Below, piece after piece: positions 48,320 through 60,300 of a stretch of DNA of 64,000 nt. This stretch comes from Eledone cirrhosa (lineage: Eukaryota): the NCBI GenBank assembly GCA_964016885.1, contig OZ024755.1, positions 36,394,001-36,458,000 on the forward strand, read 5' to 3'. The position numbers and the translations under genes are program-made. Each line of letters begins with the position of its first letter. The first letter of the stretch is position 1. A model generated the notes under the pieces. The model did not search any database, was not told the DNA's origin, and worked only from the letters and a program-made list of their open reading frames with translations.

Positions 48320-48320
<1 letters not shown>
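48108..48320 (-). pseudogene. RTE 3' remnant
   Basis: VLLWEPLHGHTRRGRPRLTYVDALRTDTG..RDRDRWRELV. Confidence 0.8.
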
Positions 48321-48389
<69 letters not shown>

Positions 48390-48465
48390 TAGATTGAGTT
48401 AGAAACTCAAAATAGTCTTTTACAATTAAATAGCTCAAAGAAGGGAATCTTTCCGAGCCGTGTAA

Positions 48466-48624
48466 TATAATTGGATATATGAGAGGGATGAACAGATATA
48501 AGTATACATGTGTTCCAACTGCAAATGACCAAGTTAGCTAGGTTGTCTAGCTAACTTGGTCATTTGCAATTGGAACACATGTATACTTATATTTGTGTTC
48601 ATCCCTCTCATATATCCAATTATA
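48466..48624. repeat. Long near-perfect inverted repeat (~75-bp arms, 5-nt loop)
   Basis: ..gcaaatgaccaagttagctag GTTGT ctagctaacttggtcatttgc.. Confidence 0.92.
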
Positions 48625-49019
48625 TATATATATAGAAAGAGAGATAGAGGAGAAACAAAGAGGAGAGAGAGAGGAGAGAGAGATGTGTGTTCACATATAT
48701 ACAGAGATAGATAGATAAATAGATACATAGATAGATGCATACACATATATACATATACACATAACAGTAAGTAAATAAAAACAAACAAAAATTGAATTCA
48801 ATGCATTTAAATTGAAACATTAGATTCTAAAGCTACGATTCTTAGAGCCCACCTAAAAATAATACATAGCAGTGAAACATTGTATGTGCAATAGAGGAAT
48901 TTAATTGCTGAACAGCATGGTGAGTCCAATATGTTAAAGATAGTGATTGAGTATCAATGATATTGATATCCAGTCAACTGATATGAAGCTCGAAATCAAT
49001 GATATTTAAACTTTTAGCA

Positions 49020-49780
49020 TTTGTAAAAGCCAAACTCACTGTCTTCAATTCGGTTTTCGTGCCAACCCTTACCTATGGTCTGGTCATGAATCTTGGGTAA
49101 TGACTGAAAGAATACCATCACGAATACAAGCGGCCGAAATGGGGTTCCTCCGAAGGGTCTTTGGAGTAACATTACTGATAGGGTGTGTAGCTCGGGGATC
49201 AGAGAGTCATTCTAGGTAGAGCCGCTACTTCTCTGAATTGAGATATCACAGCTCTGATACTATGGACATGTGGTTAGAATGTCTCAGGAAAGAATCGCTG
49301 GAGAGTCACTCCAGGTAGAGCCGCTACTTCTCTGAATTGAGAGATCACAGCTCCGATACTATAGACAGGTGGTTAGAATGTCTCAGGAAAGAATCACTGG
49401 AGAGTTACTCCAGGTAGAGCTGCTACTTCTCTGAATTGAGATATCACAGCTCCGATACTATAGACAGGTGGTTAGAATGTCTCAGGAAAGAATCACTGGA
49501 GAGTTACTCCAGGTAGAGCTGCTACTTTTCTGAATTGAGATATCACAGCTCTGATACTATGGGTATGTAGTTAGAATGTCTCAGGAAAGAATCATTGGGC
49601 AGATTTTACGGGTGAAAACAACCGGCAGGAGGCCCAGGGGTAGACCTCGAGCAAGGTGGTGGGATAACATCCATGAGTTTGGTTGGTCACGTTTGGAGAT
49701 CCAGCCAGATCAGTTGGAGATGGTTGCTTCTGACAGGACCTGCCCCCGACTCTCTCAGGAATAAGTGGGCAAAGAAAAGA
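49020..49780 (+). pseudogene. RTE 3' fragment with a 99-bp segment tandemly repeated four times
   Basis: AKLTVFNSVFVPTLTYG..RIQAAEMGFLRRV..GRRPRGRPRARWWDNI; units at ~49201, 49300, 49399, 49498. Confidence 0.85.
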
Positions 49781-49784
49781 AGTT

Positions 49785-52700
49785 GCATTTACATTACTCT
49801 ATATATACTATTGTATGTTTGCGGTAAAGGCTTTACCTCACATAATACCTCAATAACATTTACATTACTCCATATATACTATTGTATGTTTGCGGTAAAG
49901 GCTTTACCTCACATAATACCTCAATAACATTTACATTACTCTATATATACTATTGTATGTAAGCGGTAAAGGCTTTACCTCACATAATACCTCAATAACA
50001 TTTACATTACTCTATATATACTATTGTATGTTTGCGGTAAAGGCTTTACCTCACATAATACCTCAATAACATTTACATTACCCGACAACCACCTGATCAC
50101 CTATAGATCAGGGGAGCACTCTAGTCAGTTAGATTTTATCCTCATCAGAGGACGTGACAGATGGACGGTCGTAAACACAAAAGCCTTCCCTAGTGAGGAA
50201 TGTACATCCCAACATAGCTTAGTTGTCAGCGACCTCACGGTCAGAACTAGACGAGCCCTGAAACAGAGGCCAACCTGGAGAAGAAAGATCTGGAAGCTGA
50301 AAGTCCCCTCAACCAGTAACAGATTTAAAGATATTTTACTCAACGCCTACGACAGTAAAGAAGAACAGATAGAGACATTTAACGTAGAAGAGAACTGGGA
50401 GTTCCTAAAAAATAACTTACTAGAGGCGACGGATGAGGTTTGTGGCTGGAGTAAGACCTCAAGCAGGAGGAGAGTGACTTGGTGGTGGAACAATAAGGTA
50501 GATGAAGCAGTCAAGGCCAAGAGACAGGCATGGAAAGAATGGAAGAACGGGGGGAGCAGGGTACATTACATAGAGACCAAGAGGGAAGCTAGGCGACAAG
50601 TATACTTAGCTAGGAGGGAAGCAGAGGATAGAAAATTCAAGCATGTTTTACAACGTGAGGACCAGAAACAGGAGGTATTCAAGATTGCGAGGCAGTGTGT
50701 CAGAGATAGTTGTGATGTCATTGGAGAGAAGTGTATCCGGAATGATAAAGGTGAGCTTGCCCTCACAAGTGCTGAGAAGAAAGATGCATGGAAGAGTCAT
50801 TATGATAGATTACTAAATGAGGAGAATGCATGGGAAGAAGAGACCCTACCCCACGTAGACCCTATAGAGGGACCAGCAGTACAAGTCAGCGGCAGCGTAG
50901 TAAGTAAGGCAATCAGAGATATGAAGATAGGGAAGGCAACCGGTCCATCGGGTATAGCTGCCGAGATGCTGAAGGCATCTGGGTCTGTAGGTCACACTAT
51001 AACCACACGTATCGCTAACCAGGTAATACTAGAGGGGGCCATACCAAAAGATTGGTGCAGTAGCATCATTGTCAACTGCTACAAAGGTAAAGGCGATGCA
51101 CTAGATAGAGGAAACTATAGAGGTATAAAGTTGATGGACCAGGTCATGAAAGTAACGGTAAAAGAGTTATAGCAGAGCTGATTAGGGACCGGGTGAATAT
51201 AGACGAGATGCAATTTGGGTTTGTTCCAGGGAAAGGCACCACTGATGCGCTCTTCCTTGTGAGGCAATTACAGGAAAAGTACCTAGCTAAAAGTAAGCCA
51301 CTCTACTTGGCATTTGTCGACCTTGAGAAAGCCTTTGACAGAGTTCCACGTGCAGTAATCTGGTGGGCTCTTAGAAAACTAGGAGTAGATGAATGGCTTG
51401 TGAAAGCGGTACAAGCCATGTATAGGGGAGCAGTCAGCAAAGTTAGGATTGGCAATGAGTATAGCGAGGAATTTAGCGTACAGGTTGGGGTCCACCAGGG
51501 CTCTGTTCTTAGCCCTCTCCTGTTCATCATAGTCCTGCAGGCAATAACGGAGGAGTTTAAGACCGGATGCCCATGGGAACTCCTGTATGCTGATGACCTC
51601 GCACTCATAGCTGAATCTATGGTAGAACTAGAGAATAAATTCCAAACCTGGAAGCAGGGACTAGAGAGAAAGGGCCTCAAAGTCAACATGACAAAGACTA
51701 AGGTCCTTATAAGTAGACGAGAAAACAGAACCCAGATCCCCTCAGGGAAATGGCCTTGCTCAGTATGTAGGAAAGGTGTAGGTAGGAACTCCATTCTCTG
51801 CCCCAAATGCAAACAATGGGTACACAAGAGATGTAGCGGGATCTCAGGAAGCTTAATTAAGAATGTAGGATTCACATGCAGCAGCTGTGCTGAAACAGCA
51901 AGCAAACAGCCACAGGAAACAAGTACCACCAATCTCTGGGAGGGCCCTGTAGAAACAGTAGACAGCTTCTGCTACCTAGGTGACCGAATTAGCAACGGAG
52001 GTGGGTGCTCAGAAAGTACAATAACTAGGGTAAGAACGGGATGGAAGAAGTTTAGGGAACTACTACCACTGCTAGCTGCAAAAGGCTTCTCCCTCAGAAT
52101 GAAAGGCAGACTGTATGATGCGTGTATCCGAACAGCGATGTTGCATGGTAGTGAGACCTGGGCGCTGAAGGTGGAAGACTTACGTAGATTAGAGAGAAAC
52201 GAAGCCTGCATGCTCCGATGGATGTGTAACAGTAATATACGTGAACGACAAAGCATAAATGAATTGAGAGAGAGACTGAGCATAAGAGGAATCAAATGCT
52301 GCGTGCAGGAGAGGCGGTTACGCTGGTATGGACATGTGATGCGTATGAAGGATGACAGCTGCATAAAAAGGTGCAGAGCACTAGAAGTTGATGGAAACCG
52401 CGGAGTGGGGAGACCCAAGATGACTTGGGATGAGGTGATAAAAGCCGACCTTACCCAACTACACCTCTCAAAGTCAATGACACACGACCGTGACTTCTGG
52501 CGTCACGCAGTAATACAGGGTACCCGACCTCCCATGGGTACATGCTGAAGCATATAAACAATATGCCCCCACTCCCCCCACCGCAAGGTGGTCGTGGAGG
52601 TGCCACGGCAAAAAAGCACCCAGCCCACACTGTAAAGTGGACGTGTAGGCGCCACGAAAAAGCACCCAGCACTCACTGTAAATGAGGTTGGTGTTAGGAA

Positions 52701-53692
52701 GGGCATCCAGCTGTAGAAATCAAGCCAGATCAGTTCCTGTATGAGCAAGGCATGGTCAGCCGACCAGACACTGCCCACAACAGGACAACCCGTCTAACCC
52801 ATGCTAGCGTGGAAGAACGGACGTAAAACGGTGATGATGATGATGATTACTCTATATATACTATTGTATGTAAGCGGTAAAGGCTTTACCTCACATAATA
52901 CCTCAATAACATTTACATTACTCTATATATACTATTGTATGTAAGCGGTAAAGGCTTTACCTCACATAATATCTCACATAACATTTACATTACTCTATAT
53001 ATACTATTGTATGTTTGCGGTAAAGGCTTTACCTCACATAATACCTCAATAACATTTACATTACTCTATATATACTATTGTATGTAAGCGGTAAAGGCTT
53101 TGCCTCACATAATATCTCACATAACATTTACATTACTCTATATATACTATTGTATGTTTGCGGTAAAGGCTTTACCTCACATAATACCTCAATAACATTT
53201 ACATTACTCTATATATACTATTGTATGTAAGCGGTAAAGGCTTTACCTCACATAATATCTCACATAACATTTACATTACTCTATATATACTATTGTATGT
53301 TTGCGGTAAAGGCTTTACCTCACATAATACCTCAATAACATTTACATTACTCTATATATACTATTGTATGTAAGCGGTAAAGGCTTTACCTCACATAATA
53401 TCTCACATAACATTTACATTACTCTATATATACTATTGTATGTAAGCGGTAAAGGCTTTACCTCACATAATACCTCAATAACATTTACATTACTCTATAT
53501 ATACTATTGCATGTTTGCGGTAAAGGCTTTACCTCACATAATATCTTCCTTATTATTGAATCTACGAGATTTTGATATTATTTATTTTGAGAAGAAACCT
53601 TAACATCAGTATGAATGGCCAGTTACGACCAGTTTGAACAGAAAGAGAAGAGAGAATTCTAGCCGGATATGGCCAGGTTAAATGCTAAAGGG
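49785..53692 (-). mobile_element. piggyBac-like MITE with expanded 71/72-bp array, interrupted by an RTE
   Basis: Array at 49785-50080 and 52846-53545; end TAAATGCTAAAGGG|TTAA at 53692; other TIR incomplete. Confidence 0.82.
50081..52846 (+). mobile_element. 5'-truncated RTE-clade LINE: end of APE, RT, PHD-like insert, C-terminus, 3' UTR, (GAT)n tail; one frameshift near 51160
   Basis: SQLDFIL..SQH; GNYRGIKL; FVDLEKAFDRV; GVHQGSVLSP; YADD; RLRWYGHV; two extra nt in ACG GAA AGA GTT split ORFs 50024-51172 and 51193-52548. Confidence 0.93.
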
Positions 53693-53989
53693 TTAAAGAT
53701 AGTGACTGAGCAGCTATGACATTGATGCCCAGTCAACTGAACTGATATGCAGCTATAAACCAGTGACATACAGAGGAGAGATATATAAAGTAGAGACAGA
53801 TCAACGTCAACAATCAAGATGTATTTAAAAATTAAAAAGTACTGATTCTTTGATCCAACCAACCCAGGGACCAACAAGGAACAAAATAATGGGAAAGATA
53901 TTAAATTGAGACAATGTTATTGAGGGGTGGGAAGAGGCAAAGAGAGAGGAGGAGGGAGAGGAGCATGAGGAGCAATAGGAACAGGAGTG

Positions 53990-54565
53990 AGAGGTGGTGG
54001 TGGAGAAAGTGGTGATGGTGGTGGTGGTGTTGTTGGAGGAGGTGGTGTTGTTGTTGTTGTTGGAGGAGGTGGTGGTGGTGGAGAAAGTGGTGGTGGTGGT
54101 GGTGGTGATGGTGGTGGTGCTGGTAGTGTTGTTGGAGGAGGTGGTGGTGGTGGTGAAGAAAGTGGTGGTGGTGTTGTTGGAGGAGGTGGTGGTGGTGGTG
54201 GTGGTGGTCTTGGAGGAGGTGGTGGTGGTGGTGGAGAAAGTGGTGGTGGTGGTGGTGATGGTGGTGGTGCTGGTGGTGTTGTTGGAGGAGGTGGTGGTGG
54301 TGGAGAAAGTGGTGGTGGTGGTGTTGGTGGTGGTGGTGGTGGTGGAGAAAGTGGTGGTGGTGGTGGTCTTGGAGGAGGTGGTGGTGGTGGAGAAAGTGGT
54401 GGTGGTGTTGATGGAGGAGGTGGTGGTGCTGGAGAAAGTGGTGGTGGAGGAGGTGGTGGTGGTGGTGTTGGTGGTGCTGGTGGTGGTCTTGGAGGAGGTG
54501 GTGGTGGTGGTGTTGTTGGAGGAGGTGGTGGTGGTGTTGGAGGTGGTGGAGGAGAAGGAGGAGGA
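53990..54565. repeat. G-rich (GGT/GGA) trinucleotide-derived tract
   Basis: Direct reading. Confidence 0.92.
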
Positions 54566-54948
54566 CCAGTCATGCTCAACAAACATGCTGAATAGGCACA
54601 CTTAATGACCTTTAGCCAACAAACATTATCAAAGTTCAATTCTTCAAATGCAGAGGAATTAGTAAAAGTTATTAGTGCTACCAATAATTTGGTAATGGAG
54701 TGTGAAAGAGAGAGAGAGAAATGCTGGGGAGGGGAGGGGGGCATATTTTAGAAAATCTAATCTATTTCCCAATCAGCAAACCAATAGTTCTCCACTAAAT
54801 AGTTAGCAATTGTTTTAAGAATTAGACAATATGCGAGAATGTAGTGGTTTAATGAAAGTTAATGGCAACAATTGTTGGAGATGTATAAAATTCTAAACTT
54901 ATATAATAGTTCAAATCATGCTTAGGTTGACAAGCTTTTCAACCCTAT

Positions 54949-55170
54949 TTAACCTGTTACCTTTTACATTGCTCTCTATGTACTATTGTATTTTTAATGA
55001 TAAAGGCTTTACCTCACATAATATCTCACATAACATTCACATTATTCTATATATACTATTGTATTTTCATGGTAAAGGCTTTACCTCACATAATTATCTC
55101 ACAACATTTATATTACTCTATATATACTATTGTATTTTCATGGTAAAGGCTTTATCTCATATAATAAAAA
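54949..55170 (-). mobile_element. Partial piggyBac-like MITE with about three 72-bp modules
   Basis: ttaacctgttacc..taaaggctttacctcacataat repeated. Confidence 0.7.
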
Positions 55171-56920
55171 GAAATGATTTTATCCAATGAAGAGGAATGC
55201 TATCAGCTAAAATTTTCTTGGAGTAATTACTCTAATAGAATTAAAAATGTACGACGATAACTCAAAAAGAAATGTCCACCAATTGGTTGAATTGTTACTT
55301 GGAATATATAGAGTAATGTAACTGGCAAAGGATTAAACTGCAGCACTTGAGTGCCTTTAGTGGAGACCACACTATTGCAAATAGATAAGGTCTCTGGAAA
55401 GACGAAAATTTTATATTTTGATGTGATGCTTCCTACAGCAGCAAAATATGTTAAATGAGATGTTTTCTTCCCGTTCCTCCTGTCTGTCTCAAAGAGCCTG
55501 TAAAATGTTCCTTTTTTGACTGAGTCGTTAAAAATATGTCTATGATTATACAGAGTGCAGCTGATTATACAGAGTGCAGCATGGATCAAGTTATGTTGTA
55601 CCTAGTTGGCTTCAAGCTTTTTTTTTTTTTTTTGTCATTTCAGACGTTTTTATGGTAAATGTATTGAAACCAGTTAAGTTGGATAACTGCCAACTCCTTT
55701 AGCTTTATTATTGGATAACACAGTTCACACAGTATTGGATCATTAAATATATTTGATAGTTCAGCTATTCTATATAAGTTTTGCATTGAATGGATGGTAT
55801 AGAAAGTAAAGATTATGAGACTGTTGTGTTTGTGTGCAGGTGTATTGCAAATATATCAAGGAGTTTGTCAGTGATTAGACATATAGTTGTAATGATTAAG
55901 TGGATAGTAAGAAACTGAGGTGATAAACTGACCTTATCAAATTTGTAGTTTGTCATTCATAACTTGGCATTCCTAACATTTTAGTGTCAAATTCCATGAT
56001 GAATCTAATGTAACAATGGTTAAGTATACTATCATTGGCTTATAAACTGATTTTTAATCAAATTTCTGTTTCTATTGCTTTTTTTTTTCTTCTCTGCACC
56101 AACACACTTACTCAGGTCTTAGTTTTCCCATGAAAAGCTTGCTTCATTCATTAGTCACAGAAATAATAATTTATAGAAACATCTTATTGAACTATCAATA
56201 ATGCCAGAGAGGAACATAGTTTTGAAGGTGTCTGTTAAATAGATACATTGTAATTTTATTGAAGAGTGAATTTTCCAACAGTTTAAACTTGTCATTGTAA
56301 ACCACCAAACTGTTAAGTCAATTTAACACTAGCAGGGAAAACATGTTAAATGATGATGTTGATGATGATGATGATGATGATGTACTACCATTCAAACATT
56401 TTGTTTTTAAATGTTCTTTCATCCAAAAAGTTGGAGATATTTAAATCGAAAAGCTGTAGGCTCCAACCTCACTAGTGTAAGGTATTGATTCCATCTCTTT
56501 TGCTTAACAATTCGATAGCACTCAACAAGCATATTTGATCCTTTGTCTTTTGTCATTCTTCATTTCCCTTGAGCTATAGAAAAGAAATCACGTGTTAACA
56601 GAAAATATACCAGAAAACAATTTTCCTTATCAGATAATAGACAGCTATCAAATGTGTGCAGGAATGTACACATGCATATGCAAGCATAAATGCATTATCT
56701 GTGCAAGCATATCTTTCTCTTGCTGCTACATCTATGTGAGATAAGTTGAGAAGACTCACTAGGACTAATATCAACAGAGTTACAAACAGAGAACTAAGTC
56801 ATCTTGCCAGCGGCTATACTAATATTTAATACAACAGTCTCATCTTTTTATGATAGTGTTTCTTACCTTCCCTACTGAAACATCCATCATAAATCATTAA
56901 ACACTCCACTTTATATGTCA

Positions 56921-57355
56921 CTAGCTGGCCCGACTAGTGATACCTGCCCCCACCACTCCACTGCAAAGATACCACACACCCTCCCGTGCCACATTGTCCT
57001 TCCGGCTACCGTAGAAATGAGTTTAAAAAGAAAGAGTTAAGCTGTGTTGTTAATATACATACATATATATATACGACCATCAGCTTTATAAGTATAAATA
57101 TGTGCGTGTGTGTTTCTGTATGTGTATGTGTGTTTGTGTATGTGTGTATGTGCATGTGTGTGTCTGAGTGTTTTGTTTTGATGTTATCCGGCAGCAATTG
57201 GTGAAATCAGGTGTGAAAGTATGCGTATTTGTGTGATTATTATAGAGAGAGGGAAGAACGGCAGAGAGAGTAAAGCTAAGAAACTATAGGGAGGTGTGTA
57301 GGATACATACATACATAATATAAACATACGACACTCAGCTTTATAATATTATAGA
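56921..57355 (-). mobile_element. Probable non-autonomous Helitron
   Basis: Minus strand starts A|TCTATAATATTATAAAGCTGA and ends CTAG|T; subterminal hairpin weak. Confidence 0.5.
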
Positions 57356-57399
57356 TTAAGGATTTTCTTAAGCAAAAATATGTCAAACTTGGAAACTTC

Positions 57400-60300
57400 A
57401 TTATATGTGAGTCTGTATGAACACTGTACACAAACAGTGTAGATGTGTGACTGTATCAACATTGTACACAAACAGTGTAGATGAGACTGTATCAACACTG
57501 TACACAGTGGTGTAGATATGTGACTGTATCAACACTGTACACAAACAGTGTAGATGTGTGACTGTATCAACACTGTACACAGTGGTGTAGATGTGTGACT
57601 GTATCAACACTGTACACAAACAGTGTAGATGTGTGACTGTATCAACACTGTACACAGTGGTGAAGATGTGTGACTGTATCAACACTGTACACAGTGGTGT
57701 AGATGTGTGACTGTATCAACACTGTACACAGTGGTGTAGATGTGTGACTGTATCAACACTGTACACAGTGGTGTAGATGTGACTGTATCAACACTGTACA
57801 CAGTGGTGTAGATGTGTAACTGTATCAACACTGTACACAAACAGTGTAGATGTGTGACTGTATCAACACTGTACACAGTGGTGTAGATGTGTGACTGTAT
57901 CAACACTGTACACAGTGGTGTAGATATGTGACTGTATCAACACTGTACACAGTGGTGTAGATGTGACTGTATCATCACTGTACACAGTGGTGTAGATGTG
58001 ACTGTATCAACACTGTACACAGTGGTGTAGATGTGTGACTGTATCAACACTGTACACAGTGGTGTAGATGTGACTGTATCAACACTGTACACAGTGGTGT
58101 AGATGTGTGACTGTGTCAACAATGTACACAGTGGTGTAGATATGTGACTGTATCAACACTGTACACAGTGGTGTAGATGTGACTGTATCAACACTGTACA
58201 CAGTGGTGTAGATGTGTGACTGTATCAACACTGTACACAGTGGTGTAGATGTGTGACTGTATCTACACTGTACACAGTGGTGTAGATGTGTGACTGTATC
58301 TACACTGTACACAGTGGTGTAGATGTGTGACTGTATCTACACTGTACTCAGTGGTGTAGATGTGTGACTGTATCAACACTGTACACAGTGGTGTAGATGT
58401 GTGACTGTATCTACACTGTACACAGTGGTGTAGATGTGTAACTGTATCAACACAGTACACAGTGGTGTAGATGTGTGACTGTATCTACACTGTACACAGT
58501 GGTGTAGATGTGACTGTATCAACACTGTACACAGTGGTGTAGATGTGTGACTGTATCTACACTGTACACAGTGGTGTAGATGTGTGACTGTATCTACACT
58601 GTACACAGTGGTGTAGATATGTGACTGTATCAACACTGTACACAGTGGTGTAGATGTGACTGTATCAACACTGTACACAGTGGTGTAGATGTGTGACTGT
58701 ATCAACACTGTACACAGTGGTGTAGATGTGTGACTGTATCAACACTGTACACAGTGGTGTAGATGTGACTGTATCAACACTGTACACAGTGGTGTAGATG
58801 TGTGACTGTATCAACACTGTACACAGTGAAGATGTGTGACTGTATCTACACTGTACACAGTGGTGTAGATGTGTGACTGTATCAACACTGTACACAAACA
58901 GTGTAGATGTGTGACTGTATCTACACTGTACACAGTGGTGTAGATGTGTGACTGTATCAACACTGTACACAGTGGTGTAGATGTGACTATATCAACACTG
59001 TACACAGTGGTGTAGATGTGTGACTGTATCAACACTGTACACAGTGGTGTAGATGTGTGACTGTATCAACACTGTACACAGTGGTGTAGATGTGTGACTG
59101 TATCAACACTGTACACAGTGGTGTAGATGTGACTGTATCAACACTGTACACAGTGGTGTAGATGTGACTGTATCAACACTGTACACAGTGGTGTAGATGT
59201 GTGACTGTATCAACACTGTACACAGTGTAGATGTCGACTGTATCTACACCGTACACAGTGGTGTAGATGTGTGACTGTATCAACACTGTACACAAACAGT
59301 GTAGATGTGTGACTGTATCTACAATGTACACAGTGGTGTAGATGTGTGACAGTATCAACAACGTACACAGTGGTGTAGATGTGACTATATCAACACTGTA
59401 CACAGTGGTGTAGATGTGTGACTGTATCAACACTGTACACAGTGGTGTAGATGTGACTGTATCAACACTGTACACAGTGGTGTAGATGTGTGACTGTATC
59501 AACACTGTAGACAGTGGTGTAGATGTGACTGTATCAACACTGTACACAGTGGTGTAGATGTGTGACTGTATCAACACTGTACACAGTGGTGTAGATGTGA
59601 CTGTATCAACACTGTACACAGTGGTGTAGATGTGACTGTATCAATACTGTACACAAACAGTGTAGATGTGTGACTGTATCAACACTGTACACAAACAGTG
59701 TAGATGTGTGACTGTATCAACACTGTACACAGTGGTGTAGATGTGTGACTGTATCAACACTGTACACAGTGGTGTAGATGTGTGACTACTTCAAAACTGT
59801 ACACAGTGGTGTAGATCTGTGACTGTATCAACACTGTACACAGTGGTGTAGATGTGACTGTATCAACACTGTACACAGTGGTGTAGATGTGACTGTATCA
59901 ACACTGTACACAGTGGTGTAGATGTGTGACTGTATCAACACTGTACACAGTGGTGTAGATGTGACTGTATCAACACTGTACACAGTGGTGTAGATGTGTG
60001 ACTGTATCAACACTGTACACAGTGGTGTAGATGTGTGACTGTATCAACACTGTACACAGTGGTGTAGATGTGTGACTGTATCAACACTGTACACAGTGGT
60101 GTAGATGTGTGACTGTATCAACACTGTACACAGTGGTGTAGATGTGTGACTGTATCAACACTGTACACAGTGGTGTAGATGTGACTGTATCAACACTGTA
60201 CACAGTGGTGTAGATGTGACTGTATCAACACTGTACACAGTGGTGTAGATGTGACTGTATCAACACTGTACACAGTGGTGTAGATGTGACTGTATCAACA

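Noticed and set aside
53825-54744. Poly-Pro, poly-Gly, poly-Thr ORFs (extensin/formin/mucin-like)
   Set aside because: GGT/GGA tract open in several frames, with no flanking domain or supported splice context.
56867-56874. Possible 8-nt minus-strand micro-exon (tttcag TAGGGAAG gtaaga) of the kinase
   Set aside because: Splice-like flanks only; it cannot be tied to MASTL sequence without transcripts.
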